Source: Acidobacteriota bacterium
Lineage (GTDB): Bacteria; Acidobacteriota; UBA6911
Direction: 5' to 3'
DNA: 64,000 nt
NCBI GenBank assembly: GCA_016934555.1
Contig: JAFGSS010000146.1
Span: 20,061 to 84,060 of the forward strand
A program made the translations under genes and the position numbers. Positions 36,961 to 47,419 of the stretch are shown here, in pieces. Each line of letters begins with the position of its first letter. The stretch's first letter is position 1. Below the pieces are notes generated by a model, which saw only the letters and a program-made list of their open reading frames with translations, had not been told where the DNA came from and made no database searches.

Positions 36961-37548
36961 CTACTGCTTGGCGGGGATTTTGGGCGCGCTCGCCGGGTAC
37001 GCCTGGTTATAGGCCTTCACGATGTCTTCCGTCACGTTCAGCGCGGGGTTTTCGGCGTTGATCCAGATGTCGCGCGCGGGGTTGTAGAGGAGAATCGCAT
37101 CGAGACCACGGGCCTTGGCCACCGTCTCGACGACGGGCATCATCCGCTTGCCGATGGTGTTGGTCATGCGGTCCCGGCGGCTGTTGATGTCCCTCTGGGT
37201 GTCCTGCTGGAAACGCTGCAGCTCGGTGTCCTTGACCTCGGCCTGCCCTTCCAGTTCCAGCCGCGCCTCGTCGGTCAGCTTGGCGCCCTGGACGTTCAGC
37301 TTGGTCCGGAGGTTTTCCGCCTCCTGGCGCAGCCGATCCAGTTCGGAGTTTTTCGTTTCGATGAACTGCTGGATTTCGGCGTACATCTTGGCGCCCTCGT
37401 CGCAGGTGAGGATGGCCTGGTCCATATTGACCCAGGATATCTTGACCGGGGCGCCGGCGGCCGCGGCCGCCGGTGTGGGCGTCTGGGCCGCGGCCAGCGT
37501 CGGCAGCAGGAGCGCGGCAAAAAGGATTTTGAGTACTGATCGGCTCAT
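36961..37548 (-). CDS. skp: Periplasmic chaperone Skp (OmpH)
   Basis: Signal peptide MSRSVLKILFAALLLPTLAAAQ, then a long coiled-coil. It sits between bamA and fabZ as in E. coli. Confidence 0.85.
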   Translation of the reverse strand: MSRSVLKILFAALLLPTLAAAQTPTPAAAAAGAPVKISWVNMDQAILTCDEGAKMYAEIQQFIETKNSELDRLRQEAENLRTKLNVQGAKLTDEARLELEGQAEVKDTELQRFQQDTQRDINSRRDRMTNTIGKRMMPVVETVAKARGLDAILLYNPARDIWINAENPALNVTEDIVKAYNQAYPASAPKIPAKQ

Positions 37549-37674
37549 GGAATCTGTTCTCCTTATCATTCAGCAGGGAAGGCCCTGGTGAATTATTTGA
37601 ATGTCCCCAAAATGATTCCGGGCGGATTCGAAAACTGGCAATGTACTACAGTTCCCGCCGGCGACAAAGCGGAA

Positions 37675-40263
37675 TCAGAAGCTGCGGCCTACGGTGAACT
37701 TGATGTCTTTTTTCGGTTCATTGATCCTAAACGTGCCGTTGGTGGTGGTGATCCATTCGTCGAGCCGCTGCGGGTTGTAGGCGAAGATCAGCCGGAACGG
37801 GGCGCTGACCACGGGGAGGACGAACTGCACCTCCAGCCCCGTCGATCCGCGCAGCGTGTCGTTGGTCGATCCGATGATGTCCACGCTGCTGGCGCCGAAG
37901 TCCCCGAGCGACTCCTTGCGGCTGGCCCGGGCCAGGCCCAGGTCGTAGAAGGCCGCGATCGACAGCGGGCCGGCCACGGGGATACGGTATTCGAAGTTCA
38001 GGATCCCGACCGTGTCTCCGCCCACGGCGAAAGGCTGCGACTGCACCGTCTTGGGCAGTCCCGTGTTCAGGTCGATGATCGGGTTGCCCATGGGGTCGAA
38101 CTGCCGGGTCGAGGTGACAGCGATGGGGCTGATCGAACGGATGTCGAAACCGCGGACGGTGTTTTCCCCTCCGATGAAGAAACGGTCGAAGAAGGGGACG
38201 CTCGAGTCGCCGTACGACTGGATGTACTGGAACTGGGCGTTGAGGGCGAAGACGTTGCGCCCGCCGCTCAGCCACCGGTCGGTGATGAAATGCCGGTATT
38301 CCACAACGGGGCGGATCATGTTGAAATCCCCCCCCAGGATGCCCCCGGCGATGGCCGTGGACAACCGGAACTCGGTGCCGCGCGTGGCGTTGAAATAGGC
38401 GTTGACGGAGCTGTAACGCACGAACGGGGAGATCTCGCTCCGGATGATGCCTTCCAGCGCGTCGTCCGCGTCCCCCGAGGAATATCCCATAAACTGCCCC
38501 AGCGCGAAGGTCTCGAAACCGGGCGCGATGTTGCTGACGCCGATGTTCTGAAAGGTGTAGCCGGTCCCCACGGTCCAGAACGAGCGGGAGAGGCGCCGGT
38601 CCAGGGAAATCTGGGCGCCCGTCATCTTCTGGGTGAAGAGCTCCTCCGCCTCTCCCGAATAATCGGTCAGCCCGAAAGTGGAGTAGGTGTCGTAGCGGTA
38701 GCGCTGGTTGAAAAGCGACAGGCTCATCCTCCAGCGGGAGTCGAAGAGGTAAGGCTCGACGAAGGAGAACACATAGTTGGTCTGGCGCGTCCCCCCGACG
38801 ATGCTCACCTCGATCGATTCCCCCCGCCCAAGGAAATTGTTGGTCGAATAATTGAGCCCGATGAAGCTGCCGGAGATGCCGCTGACGCCGCCGGTGAACC
38901 CGATCGACTGCTGGCTCTTTTCCTTCACGGTCACGTCGACGTCGACCGACCCGGCTTTCTCGTCCGGTTTGACCTGGTAGTCGCTCTCCTCGATCCGGTC
39001 GAAGAATCCCAGCTGGTTCAGGCGGAGGATCGAGTTGTCCAGCGCGGCGCTGCTGAAGACTTTCCCCTCCTCCAGGATGAATTCCCGGCGCATGACCTTG
39101 TCCCGCGTTTTGGTGTTTCCGAGAAAATTGATCCGCCGGACGAAGAACCCCTTGTCGGGCTGCATGGTCAGGGTCAGGTCGTAGGTTTTGTTGGCGTTGT
39201 CGTAGTCCGCCTCGGGGATGTAGGAAAAATTGATGTGCCCGAGGTTGCCGTAGAGTTTCTTGATCTCGTCCAGGGTGTCCCGGATCTTCTTGAAGTTGAC
39301 GACGTCTCCGCTCTTCATATCGAAGGCGGCCGCGAGCCCTTCGCAGCTGAGGATGCCGCACTCCTTCAGTTCGAGCTTCCCCAGCCGGAACTGGTCCCCG
39401 GCGTCGATGGGGATTTCGATGAAAAACTGCTCGCGCGTCTTTCTCAGCAGAGGGAGGATGCCGCGGGGGCCTTCGAAGATCCGGACGATGGGGGTCCCCA
39501 CCTGGATCTGCATGTATCCATGTTCCTGGTAAAACGCCTTCAGGTTCGTCTCGATGTCGTATTCCAGCTTTTCCCGGTGGTATTTGTCGGTCCCCTTGAA
39601 CAGGGTGATCATGTTGCGTTCCTTGGTGAGCTCGAGGGCGTTTTTGAGCTTCTTGTCGCTGAAGACCTTGTCCCCGGTGAAGCGGATCTCGCCGATGCGG
39701 ACGTTGGCCCCCTCGTCGACGATGAAGCGCACCCGCACGCTGTACGGAGGTATGGTCTCGACATCGGAACGGACCGAGCCCAGCGGCTTGCCGTTCTGCA
39801 GCAGAAGGTCCCGCAGGACGCGTTCGGCCATCTTGATCTTGACGGGGTCGTACTGGCTGTCCACGGTGAGCCCGAGCTTCTTTTCCTTGAAGGCCTCCAG
39901 GATGTCGGATTCGGTGAAGGACTTGTTCCCGGCATACTCTATGGAGCGGACGAGAGGCTTTTCCTTGACGATGAAGGTGACGATTTTCCCGATGTCCCCG
40001 TCCTTTTCCTGCACTTCCAGGTTTTCGAAGTAATTGGTCCGGTACAGGGAGCGCAGGTCGAACTCCACCCGCGCCGCGGCGAAGGGCTCTCCCGGCCGGG
40101 TTTGAATGATCGAGGCGCGGATCGTGTCTTCGGGAATCCGCCGGTTGCCCCGGATGTCCACCCGCTCGACCGTCGTCACGTCGGCGGTCTGCTGCCCGTA
40201 GGCCGCGAGACCCAACAAAAGGAACCCGACGATGCAGATCCCGCACTTAGCCGTTCTAGCCAT
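37675..40263 (-). CDS. bamA: Outer membrane protein assembly factor BamA
   Basis: Signal peptide, five POTRA-like repeats, and a C-terminal 16-strand barrel ending ...KFTVGRSF. 862 aa. Confidence 0.95.
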   Translation of the reverse strand: MARTAKCGICIVGFLLLGLAAYGQQTADVTTVERVDIRGNRRIPEDTIRASIIQTRPGEPFAAARVEFDLRSLYRTNYFENLEVQEKDGDIGKIVTFIVKEKPLVRSIEYAGNKSFTESDILEAFKEKKLGLTVDSQYDPVKIKMAERVLRDLLLQNGKPLGSVRSDVETIPPYSVRVRFIVDEGANVRIGEIRFTGDKVFSDKKLKNALELTKERNMITLFKGTDKYHREKLEYDIETNLKAFYQEHGYMQIQVGTPIVRIFEGPRGILPLLRKTREQFFIEIPIDAGDQFRLGKLELKECGILSCEGLAAAFDMKSGDVVNFKKIRDTLDEIKKLYGNLGHINFSYIPEADYDNANKTYDLTLTMQPDKGFFVRRINFLGNTKTRDKVMRREFILEEGKVFSSAALDNSILRLNQLGFFDRIEESDYQVKPDEKAGSVDVDVTVKEKSQQSIGFTGGVSGISGSFIGLNYSTNNFLGRGESIEVSIVGGTRQTNYVFSFVEPYLFDSRWRMSLSLFNQRYRYDTYSTFGLTDYSGEAEELFTQKMTGAQISLDRRLSRSFWTVGTGYTFQNIGVSNIAPGFETFALGQFMGYSSGDADDALEGIIRSEISPFVRYSSVNAYFNATRGTEFRLSTAIAGGILGGDFNMIRPVVEYRHFITDRWLSGGRNVFALNAQFQYIQSYGDSSVPFFDRFFIGGENTVRGFDIRSISPIAVTSTRQFDPMGNPIIDLNTGLPKTVQSQPFAVGGDTVGILNFEYRIPVAGPLSIAAFYDLGLARASRKESLGDFGASSVDIIGSTNDTLRGSTGLEVQFVLPVVSAPFRLIFAYNPQRLDEWITTTNGTFRINEPKKDIKFTVGRSF

Positions 40264-40447
40264 CCATCCTCCGCCGCGTGGAAGTCCCCCGTATGTTCAG
40301 ACCCCCTATCTTAGATAAAACGGCGCCCGAAATCCAGTATCAGTGCCTCCGGTCTCCGTTTCCCGCACCGGTACCCGTGCGGACCGGATCCCTGCCTATA
40401 GACTCCACTTGCGGCCCGGCGTTCAATTATTTTTCGGACCGGAGGCT

Positions 40448-42805
40448 TCAGAGTTTCCAGGCGGCGGCGGCGGGGCGGCCGGCGGGGACAAAGTGGAGGG
40501 CGTCGTCGATGAGGACGATTTCAATGGCGGAACCCGCCCCGATGCGGTTGCGGATGAGGGCTTCCGCAAGCGGGTCCTCGATGTATTTCCGGATCGCCCG
40601 GCCGAGCGGGCGGGCCCCGTAGGTGCGGTCGCGGCAGGTCTGCTCCACGATCCATCTCCTGGCTTCGGGCCGGAGAGCGATGGAGAGCCCCTTCCGGGTG
40701 AGGGCCTCGTTGGTCGTCCCGATCAGCAGGTCGACGATCCTTTCCAGGTCGTCGTCCCCGAGCGGGTCGAAGAAGAGGATTTCGTCGATCCGGTTCAGGA
40801 ATTCAGGGTTGAAGACGCGCCGGACCTCGTCGTGGATCCGGTCCTCGGTTCTCCGCAGGAGGCCGTCGTCCCCCGCGCGGAAGCCCACGGGCCCCCCTTT
40901 TTCGAGCAGCCGCGCCCCGATATTCGAGGTCATGATGATGAGGGTGTTTTTGAAATCGACCGTGTTGCCGTGCGAATCGGTCAGCCGGCCGTCCTCGAAG
41001 ACCTGCAGCATGATGTTCGAAACGTCCGGGTGGGCCTTTTCCATCTCGTCCAGCAGCAGGACCGAGTAAGGGTGGCGTTTGATCCTCTCGGTCAGCTGGC
41101 CGCCCTCCTCGTGCCCTACGTATCCCGGCGGGGAGCCGATCAGGCGGGATACGGAATGCTTTTCCATGTATTCGGACATGTCCAGACGGACCATGGAGCT
41201 TTCGCTGCCGAACAGGAAGGCGGCCAGGGCCCGGGCAGTTTCGGTTTTCCCCACGCCCGTGGGGCCGAGAAACAGGAACGACCCCACCGGGCGTCCGGGC
41301 GATTTCAGCCCGGCCCGCGAGCGCCGGATGGCCCGGGACAGGGCGTTGATGGCGCGGTCCTGGCTGATGACGCGCCGGTGGAGTTCTTCCTCCATCCGCA
41401 GCAGCCGGGTGCCCTCCTCCTCCCGGATGGCGGAGACGGGTATCCCCGTCCACCGGGCGACGACCTGTTCGATGTCTCCCCGGGTCACCTCCGGGGGCGG
41501 GATGGTCCGGATCTGCCAGCTTTCCCGGAAGATCCGCATCCCCTCCCCCTCAGGGCTTCCGGCGCGCGCTCCCACGGGCGATTCCTCCCGGGGCGCCGGA
41601 TCGGTCCGCAGCTTGACCCGCGCGCCCGCTTCGTCGATGACGTCGATGGCCTTGTCGGGCAGGAAACGGTCGGAGATGTAGCGGCTGGAGAGGTATACGG
41701 CGGTTTCGAGCGCCTCTTCCGTGTACTGGAGCCCGTGAAAGGATTCGTACCTGTCCCGGATCCCCCTGAGGATGCCGACGGTTTCCTCCTCCGAAGGGGG
41801 CGCCACCCTGACCGATTGGAAACGGCGTTCCAGCGACCGGTCCTTTTCGATCGAGCGTGCGTATTCGCGGGGGGTGGTCGACCCGATGCACTGGATCTCC
41901 CCCCGGGACAGCGCCGGCTTCAGGATGTTGGCGGCGTCGAGCGAGCCTTCTGCCGAGCCCGCCCCCATCAGGGTGTGCACTTCGTCGACGAAGACGATGA
42001 ACTCCCGGTTCTCGGCCAGTTCCTTGAGGATGACCTTCATCCGCTCCTCGAACTGGCCGCGGTATTTCGTGCCGGCCACCACCAGCGACAGGTCCAGGGC
42101 GAGGATTTTCTTGTCCCGGAGCCCGCGCGGTACCCGGCCCGACGCCATCCTCTGCGCCAGGCCCTCGACGATGGCCGTTTTCCCGACGCCCGGCTCCCCG
42201 ATCAGTACCGGGTTGTTCTTGGTGCGCCGGCACAGGATCTGGATCATCCGCTCGATTTCCTCCTCCCGGCCGATGAGGGGATCGAGGCGATCCGCTTCGG
42301 CGGCCTCGGTCAGGTCGCGGGAGAATTCCGTCAGGGTGAGCGGCTCCCGGGGGCGGGGGGGCGCCTGCCGCTCGGCGCCGGTCCGGATGAGCTCCTCGCG
42401 GATCAGGCCCGGGCGCAGGCCGCGCTCGCGCAGGATCTCGGCCGCCACCGAGCGCTCCTCGGCCAGAAGCCCCAGCAGAAGATGCTCGGTCCCGATATGC
42501 CGGTGGGCGAGGGTTTCCGATTCCTCCGCCGCGATCTGGAGCACCCGCTTGCTTTCTTCCGAGAAGGGGAGGTCCACCGAGGTCGAGACCCGGTCGCGCA
42601 CCAGGGTGCGCCCCTCGATTTCCTTCCGGAGGTCCTGGAGGGTGGATTCGGGGCCCGGGAGGAAGCGGCTGGTAAGGCCTTTGTCCTCGCGGATGAGGCC
42701 CAACAGAAGATGCTCCGTTTCGATGCGGGGGCTGCCGAACTGGCTGGCCTCGTAGCGCGCGAAAAAGATGACCCTTCGGGCCTTTTCGGTGTATTTCTCG
42801 AACAT
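40448..42805 (-). CDS. clpA: ATP-dependent Clp protease ATP-binding subunit (ClpA/ClpC family, two AAA+ modules)
   Basis: Clp N-domain (MFEKYTEKARRVIFFARYEA), then two Walker A boxes (GEPGVGKT and GPTGVGKT), then a C-terminal ClpB_D2-small domain. 785 aa. Confidence 0.9.
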   Translation of the reverse strand: MFEKYTEKARRVIFFARYEASQFGSPRIETEHLLLGLIREDKGLTSRFLPGPESTLQDLRKEIEGRTLVRDRVSTSVDLPFSEESKRVLQIAAEESETLAHRHIGTEHLLLGLLAEERSVAAEILRERGLRPGLIREELIRTGAERQAPPRPREPLTLTEFSRDLTEAAEADRLDPLIGREEEIERMIQILCRRTKNNPVLIGEPGVGKTAIVEGLAQRMASGRVPRGLRDKKILALDLSLVVAGTKYRGQFEERMKVILKELAENREFIVFVDEVHTLMGAGSAEGSLDAANILKPALSRGEIQCIGSTTPREYARSIEKDRSLERRFQSVRVAPPSEEETVGILRGIRDRYESFHGLQYTEEALETAVYLSSRYISDRFLPDKAIDVIDEAGARVKLRTDPAPREESPVGARAGSPEGEGMRIFRESWQIRTIPPPEVTRGDIEQVVARWTGIPVSAIREEEGTRLLRMEEELHRRVISQDRAINALSRAIRRSRAGLKSPGRPVGSFLFLGPTGVGKTETARALAAFLFGSESSMVRLDMSEYMEKHSVSRLIGSPPGYVGHEEGGQLTERIKRHPYSVLLLDEMEKAHPDVSNIMLQVFEDGRLTDSHGNTVDFKNTLIIMTSNIGARLLEKGGPVGFRAGDDGLLRRTEDRIHDEVRRVFNPEFLNRIDEILFFDPLGDDDLERIVDLLIGTTNEALTRKGLSIALRPEARRWIVEQTCRDRTYGARPLGRAIRKYIEDPLAEALIRNRIGAGSAIEIVLIDDALHFVPAGRPAAAAWKL

Positions 42806-42903
42806 AGACGCCTACCCCCGACGTCCGCCCGTTTTCCGGTGGCTATGGATCATTATACGGACAGACCGCGGCAACCGCAAACGGATTGAGGCGGGCGGGG
42901 GCC

Positions 42904-43581
42904 CTAACTGTCCGTCAGTACTCCGTTTTCCAGGCGGCAGCGGCGGGAGCAGACATCGGCCAGGCGCTCGTTGTGAGTGGCGACGAGGGACGTCAGCCCG
43001 TGCCTTTCATGAAGCGCCAGAAGGAGGTCGGCCATCGCCAGGCCCGTGTGGGGGTCCAGGTTGCCCGTCGGTTCGTCGGCCAGCAGGAGGCGCGGCCGTC
43101 CGACGAGGGCGCGCGCCAGCGCCACCCGCTGCTGCTCCCCCCCGGAGAGTTCCCCCGGACGGTGGCGGAGGCGTTCCTCGAGCCCCACTTCCCGGAGCAG
43201 CTCCCCGGCGGCGCCGGCCGCCTCCCCCGGGGGTGTCCCGCGGAGCAGGAGCGGCATCGAGACGTTTTCGAGCGCCGTGAATTCGGGCAGGAGGTGGTGG
43301 AACTGGAAGACGAAGCCTATGGTCCGGTTCCGGAAGGCGGCCAGGGCGTTCGCCGCGAGCCCCGTGATCTCCCCGTCCAGGACCCGGACCGTCCCCCGGT
43401 CCGGCCGGTCCATTCCGCCCACGAGGTGCAGCAGGGTGCTCTTGCCCGATCCGGAGGCCCCGGTCACGGCGACCATCTCCCCCGTCTCCACCGTCAGGGA
43501 GAGTCCCGACAGGATCTCGAGGCGTCCCGCTCCCGAGGGGTAGCTCTTGTGGAGGTCGCGGGCCTCGAGCAGCCTACTCAT
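42904..43581 (-). CDS. lolD: Lipoprotein-releasing ABC transporter ATP-binding protein LolD
   Basis: Walker [13 protein letters not shown] signature [15 protein letters not shown], Walker B LLLADEPT. It overlaps lolC by 8 nt. Confidence 0.9.
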   Translation of the reverse strand: MSRLLEARDLHKSYPSGAGRLEILSGLSLTVETGEMVAVTGASGSGKSTLLHLVGGMDRPDRGTVRVLDGEITGLAANALAAFRNRTIGFVFQFHHLLPEFTALENVSMPLLLRGTPPGEAAGAAGELLREVGLEERLRHRPGELSGGEQQRVALARALVGRPRLLLADEPTGNLDPHTGLAMADLLLALHERHGLTSLVATHNERLADVCSRRCRLENGVLTDS

Positions 43582-44830
43582 AGCGCAGCGCCTCCACCGG
43601 ATCCATTTTCGACGCGCTGCGCGCCGGGTAGATCGTGGCCAGGAAGCTGATGGCTATGGCCGTGGCCGCGATAAGGGCGACGTCCCACGCCCGGACGTGA
43701 AAGGGGACGTAGGGGATGCTGTAGATGGCGGCCTCCAGCCGGATCAGCCGGAAATGGTCCAGCATCCAGCTCGCCAGGACACCCAGCACGCTCCCCAGGG
43801 CGGTCCCCGTCACCCCTATGATGAGGCCCTGGAACCGGAAAACGCGCTGGATGTTGTCGGCCGTGGCCCCCATCGCGGCGAGGATGGCGATGTCGCGCTG
43901 CTTTTCGAGCACCATCATGATGAGGGTGGTCACGATGTTGAGCGAGGCGACGAAAACGATCAGCCCGATGGTGATGAACAGGGCGATCTTTTCCAGCTTG
44001 AGCGCGGAAAAGAGCGGCCGGTTGAGCTCGATCCAGGTCGAGGTCGCGTACTCGTCCCCCGCCCGGCGGCGGATCGTGTCCGCCATCGTTTCGGCGCTGT
44101 CGAGATCCCCGATCCCGAACTGGACAAGGAGGGCGGAGCCGGGGGAGTGGGCGAACAGCCGGCGCGCGGCGTCTATATGGACATAGGCCCAGTTGGCGTC
44201 GATGTCCCAGAGGCCGGAATCGAACACCCCGGCCACCTTCAGGGTCTTTTCGGAAACCGTCATCCCGAACGGCGTCAGCCGCCCCAGGGGGTTGAAGACG
44301 CGCAGCGTATCCCCCGCACCCACCTGGAGTGTACGCGCCATTTCCTTGCCGATGAAGATCCTGTCGGGCGGGGGCGTCCCCCCGTCGTCGGGGCTGGCCG
44401 CCGGGCGGTCCAGGGCGCGCGCGTCATCCCCCAGGATGCGGGCGAAGAATTCGGAAACGGCCGCTTCCCGCTCGGGGTCCACCCCCTTGAGCGCCGCCCC
44501 CTGGTTGGAGTAGGCGCTCGAGACGAGCACCTGCTTGAGGATGGCGGGGGCGCTCGCGGTCACCCCGTCGATGCGGCCGATCCGGGCGAGCACGGCATCG
44601 GGGTCGGCGATGGGCATGCCGTCGATCCGGAAGAGGTTGACGGCCGGGGTGGCGCCCAGGATCTTGTTCTGGATATCTTCCTTGAACCCGGTGGAGAGGG
44701 CCAGGGCGATGACGAGGGCCATCACTCCGGCCGCAATCCCCGCCACGGACAGGACCGAGATCACGGAAATCAGGGTCTGTTTCCGTTTTTCCCTCAGGTA
44801 CCGCAGGGCGATGAACAGTTCGAACTTCAT
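43574..44830 (-). CDS. lolC: Lipoprotein-releasing system permease LolC/LolE (FtsX-like)
   Basis: MKFELFIALRYLREKRKQTLISVISVLSVAGIA (MacB/LolC N-terminal TM), then a periplasmic domain, then a C-terminal FtsX 3-TM module. Confidence 0.9.
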   Translation of the reverse strand: MKFELFIALRYLREKRKQTLISVISVLSVAGIAAGVMALVIALALSTGFKEDIQNKILGATPAVNLFRIDGMPIADPDAVLARIGRIDGVTASAPAILKQVLVSSAYSNQGAALKGVDPEREAAVSEFFARILGDDARALDRPAASPDDGGTPPPDRIFIGKEMARTLQVGAGDTLRVFNPLGRLTPFGMTVSEKTLKVAGVFDSGLWDIDANWAYVHIDAARRLFAHSPGSALLVQFGIGDLDSAETMADTIRRRAGDEYATSTWIELNRPLFSALKLEKIALFITIGLIVFVASLNIVTTLIMMVLEKQRDIAILAAMGATADNIQRVFRFQGLIIGVTGTALGSVLGVLASWMLDHFRLIRLEAAIYSIPYVPFHVRAWDVALIAATAIAISFLATIYPARSASKMDPVEALRYE

Positions 44831-44887
44831 AGGCCGCGCCCTCGGGTTGTGGCGGACGCCCGCCTCCCGGTCCTCATCGGCACGCCG

Positions 44888-46393
44888 TCACTCTTCGGCC
44901 GCCGGTTCCGGCCTCAAAAGCGGGAACAGGATGACGTCGCGGATTGACGGGGAGCCGGTCAGGACCATGGCCAGGCGGTCGATGCCGATTCCTTCGCCCG
45001 CCGTGGGAGGCATCCCGTAGCCGAGGGCGCGGACGTAATCCTGGTCCATGTCGTGGGCTTCCTCGTCGCCGCGGTCGCGCGCGAGCAGCTGCTCCTCGAA
45101 CCGCGCCTTCTGTTCGGCCGGGTCGTTCAGCTCCGAATAGGCGTTGGCGATTTCCATGCCGGCGATATAGAGCTCGAAGCGCTCTGCCGTGGAGCTGTCG
45201 CCCGGCTTGGTCTTCGACAGCGGGGAGACCTCCGCGGGGTGGTCGTAAACGATCGTCGGCTGGATCAGGTGTTCCTCCGCCACCGTTTCGAACAGGAGGG
45301 CCGTCAGTTTTCCCGGGCCGTCGGAGGGGGCGAACCGGGCGCCGACCGCTTCCGCGAGCGCCCGCAGCCTGTCGACCGATTGAAGGTCGACCTCGGTGAC
45401 GGCGGGGACGGATGCGGGCCAGAACCTGAAGATCGCCTCCTTCATCGTCAGCCGCTGCCAGCGGTCGAAATCGAGCACATGCTCCCCGTACCGGACCTGG
45501 CGCGAGCCGGTCACGGTTTCGGCGATACGTGTGATCATCTCCTCGGACATGTCCATCAGGTCGTTGTAGTCGCTGTAGGCCTGGTAGAACTCCAGCATGG
45601 TGAACTCGGGGTTGTGGTGCGAGGAGATCCCCTCGTTCCGGAAGATCCGGCTCAGTTCGTAAACCCTGGGGATGCCCCCCACGATGAGGCGCTTGAGGTA
45701 AAGCTCCAGGGCGATGCGGAGGTAGAGATCGATGTCCAGGGCGTTGTGATGCGTCCGGAACGGGCGCGCCAGCGCCCCCCCCGCGATGGTCTGCAGCACC
45801 GGCGTTTCCACCTCCATGTATCCCCGGCCGTCGAGGTAGCGGCGGATCTCGCGGATGATGGCGCTGCGCTTGACGAAGACCTCGCGGACCCCGGGATTCA
45901 TGATGAGGTCGACGTAGCGCTGGCGGAACCGGGTCTCCACGTCGGTCAGCCCGTGCCACTTTTCGGGCAGGGGCTGCAGGTTCTTGGACAGGTGGAAGAC
46001 CTGGGTGGCCAGCAGCGTCAGTTCGCCCGTGCGGGTGCGGAAGACGGTTCCGGCCGCCCCGATGATGTCGCCGAGGTCGAACAGCCGGAAGAGCTCGAAC
46101 ATCTCCTCTCCCGCCGTGTCACGGCGGACGTACACCTGAACGCGCTGCTCGCCTTCGGCGAGGTCCAGGAATCCCGCCTTGCCGTGAGGGCGCAGGGACA
46201 GGATGCGGCCGCAGATCCGGACCGGTTCCTTTCTTTCCTCGAGCCCGGCGGCGTCCAGGGGATCGAAGGCCGCGCGCAGCTGCCCCAGGGTGTGGGTGTA
46301 CTCGAACCGGTGCGGATAGGGATCGTATCCCAGGCGCTTGAGCTCCGCCAGCTTGAAGCGGCGCTGCTCGAGGAGATTAGTCTGGTTTTCCAT
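44888..46393 (-). CDS. lysS: Lysine--tRNA ligase (class II)
   Basis: N-terminal anticodon-binding OB, then class II motifs ([13 protein letters not shown]; [15 protein letters not shown]). 501 aa. Confidence 0.95.
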   Translation of the reverse strand: MENQTNLLEQRRFKLAELKRLGYDPYPHRFEYTHTLGQLRAAFDPLDAAGLEERKEPVRICGRILSLRPHGKAGFLDLAEGEQRVQVYVRRDTAGEEMFELFRLFDLGDIIGAAGTVFRTRTGELTLLATQVFHLSKNLQPLPEKWHGLTDVETRFRQRYVDLIMNPGVREVFVKRSAIIREIRRYLDGRGYMEVETPVLQTIAGGALARPFRTHHNALDIDLYLRIALELYLKRLIVGGIPRVYELSRIFRNEGISSHHNPEFTMLEFYQAYSDYNDLMDMSEEMITRIAETVTGSRQVRYGEHVLDFDRWQRLTMKEAIFRFWPASVPAVTEVDLQSVDRLRALAEAVGARFAPSDGPGKLTALLFETVAEEHLIQPTIVYDHPAEVSPLSKTKPGDSSTAERFELYIAGMEIANAYSELNDPAEQKARFEEQLLARDRGDEEAHDMDQDYVRALGYGMPPTAGEGIGIDRLAMVLTGSPSIRDVILFPLLRPEPAAEE

Positions 46394-46814
46394 GGTTTGC
46401 CAGCCCCCCGGTGTTCAGTTGGTTCTTGATGCTGTCGAGGATCCCGTTCACGAACTGGGCGGATTCCTGGGTGGAAAACTTCTTGGCGATTTCCAGCGCT
46501 TCGTTGATGATGACGGTGTTCGGGGTCGTGCCTCCCGAGAGGAATTCGTAGACCGCCAGCCGCAGGACGTTCCGGTCCACGGCCGCCATCCGGACCAGGC
46601 GCCAGTTTTTGGCGTGACCCTGGATCACCCCGTCGATTTCGTCCACCCGGCCGAGGGTCCCCGTGAACAGCTGTTCGGCGAATTCGCGCACCCTTTTCGG
46701 GTGGTCGTTCATCGTCCAGTAGCTGCGCAGGATCTCCCCGGGGGTGTGCCTGCCCACATCCCGTTCGTAAAGCATCTGAAGCGCGCACTCGCGCGCCACT
46801 CTCCGATGTCCCAT
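46377..46814 (-). CDS. nusB: Transcription antitermination factor NusB
   Basis: [13 protein letters not shown]...[10 protein letters not shown] is the NusB fold. It overlaps lysS by 17 nt. Confidence 0.9.
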   Translation of the reverse strand: MGHRRVARECALQMLYERDVGRHTPGEILRSYWTMNDHPKRVREFAEQLFTGTLGRVDEIDGVIQGHAKNWRLVRMAAVDRNVLRLAVYEFLSGGTTPNTVIINEALEIAKKFSTQESAQFVNGILDSIKNQLNTGGLANHGKPD

Positions 46815-46853
46815 GAATCCACCGCCCGGGGAAAATTGCCGCTCCGGCCGCGG

Positions 46854-47318
46854 CTACAGCTGCTTCAGCACCTGGACCATCTCGATGGCGGCAGCGGCCG
46901 CATCGAACCCCTTGTTCCCGGTCTTCAGCCCGGCCCGGTCCACCGCCTGTTCCATCGTGTTGCAGGTCAGGATCCCGTTGATCACCGGGACCTCGGCTTC
47001 CAGCCCGATGGAGCCCAGCTCCTTGGTGACCGTCGACGAGAGGTGGTCGAAATGCGGGGTTTCCCCCCGGAGGAGGGCGCCGAGGCAGATCACGGCGTCG
47101 TATTTCCCGGAAAGCGCCAGCTTCCGGGCGACCGGCGGGACCTCGAAACTCCCCGGGACCCACACCACGCTGATATCGTCGGGCGCGGCCCCGTGGCGTT
47201 CCAGCGCGTCGAGCGCGCCCGAAAGCAGACGGTCGCTGATGAAAGAATTGAAGCGGCTGATCACGACCGCAAAACGACTTCCTTTTGCGTCGAGTGTTCC
47301 CTGGATGATTCTGGCCAT
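46854..47318 (-). CDS. ribH: 6,7-dimethyl-8-ribityllumazine synthase RibH
   Basis: RFAVVISRFNSFISDRLLSGALDAL...VVWVPGSFEVP is the canonical lumazine synthase. ribH-nusB adjacency is conserved. Confidence 0.95.
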   Translation of the reverse strand: MARIIQGTLDAKGSRFAVVISRFNSFISDRLLSGALDALERHGAAPDDISVVWVPGSFEVPPVARKLALSGKYDAVICLGALLRGETPHFDHLSSTVTKELGSIGLEAEVPVINGILTCNTMEQAVDRAGLKTGNKGFDAAAAAIEMVQVLKQL

Positions 47319-47419
47319 CGCCGTTGTCTCCCTTGTCTAGGATACGCCGCGGCCGGACACGCGCCATCCACGCCCGGCCCGCGGCCGCGGGATTCAATTC
47401 TGCAAGAGAGAGCGCTTGA

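Noticed and set aside
37675-40263. Lower GC of bamA, and also cspA and the DUF4388 gene, as a sign of horizontal transfer.
   Set aside because: bamA sits in its canonical syntenic context with skp, fabZ and lpxA. The GC dip is modest. It is more likely expression-level or amino-acid-composition related than foreign DNA.
40264-40447. Possible terminator or small RNA in the 184-nt clpA-bamA intergenic region (hairpin CCGCAC-n8-GTGCGG).
   Set aside because: The stem is short at 6 bp and there is no flanking U-tract on either strand.
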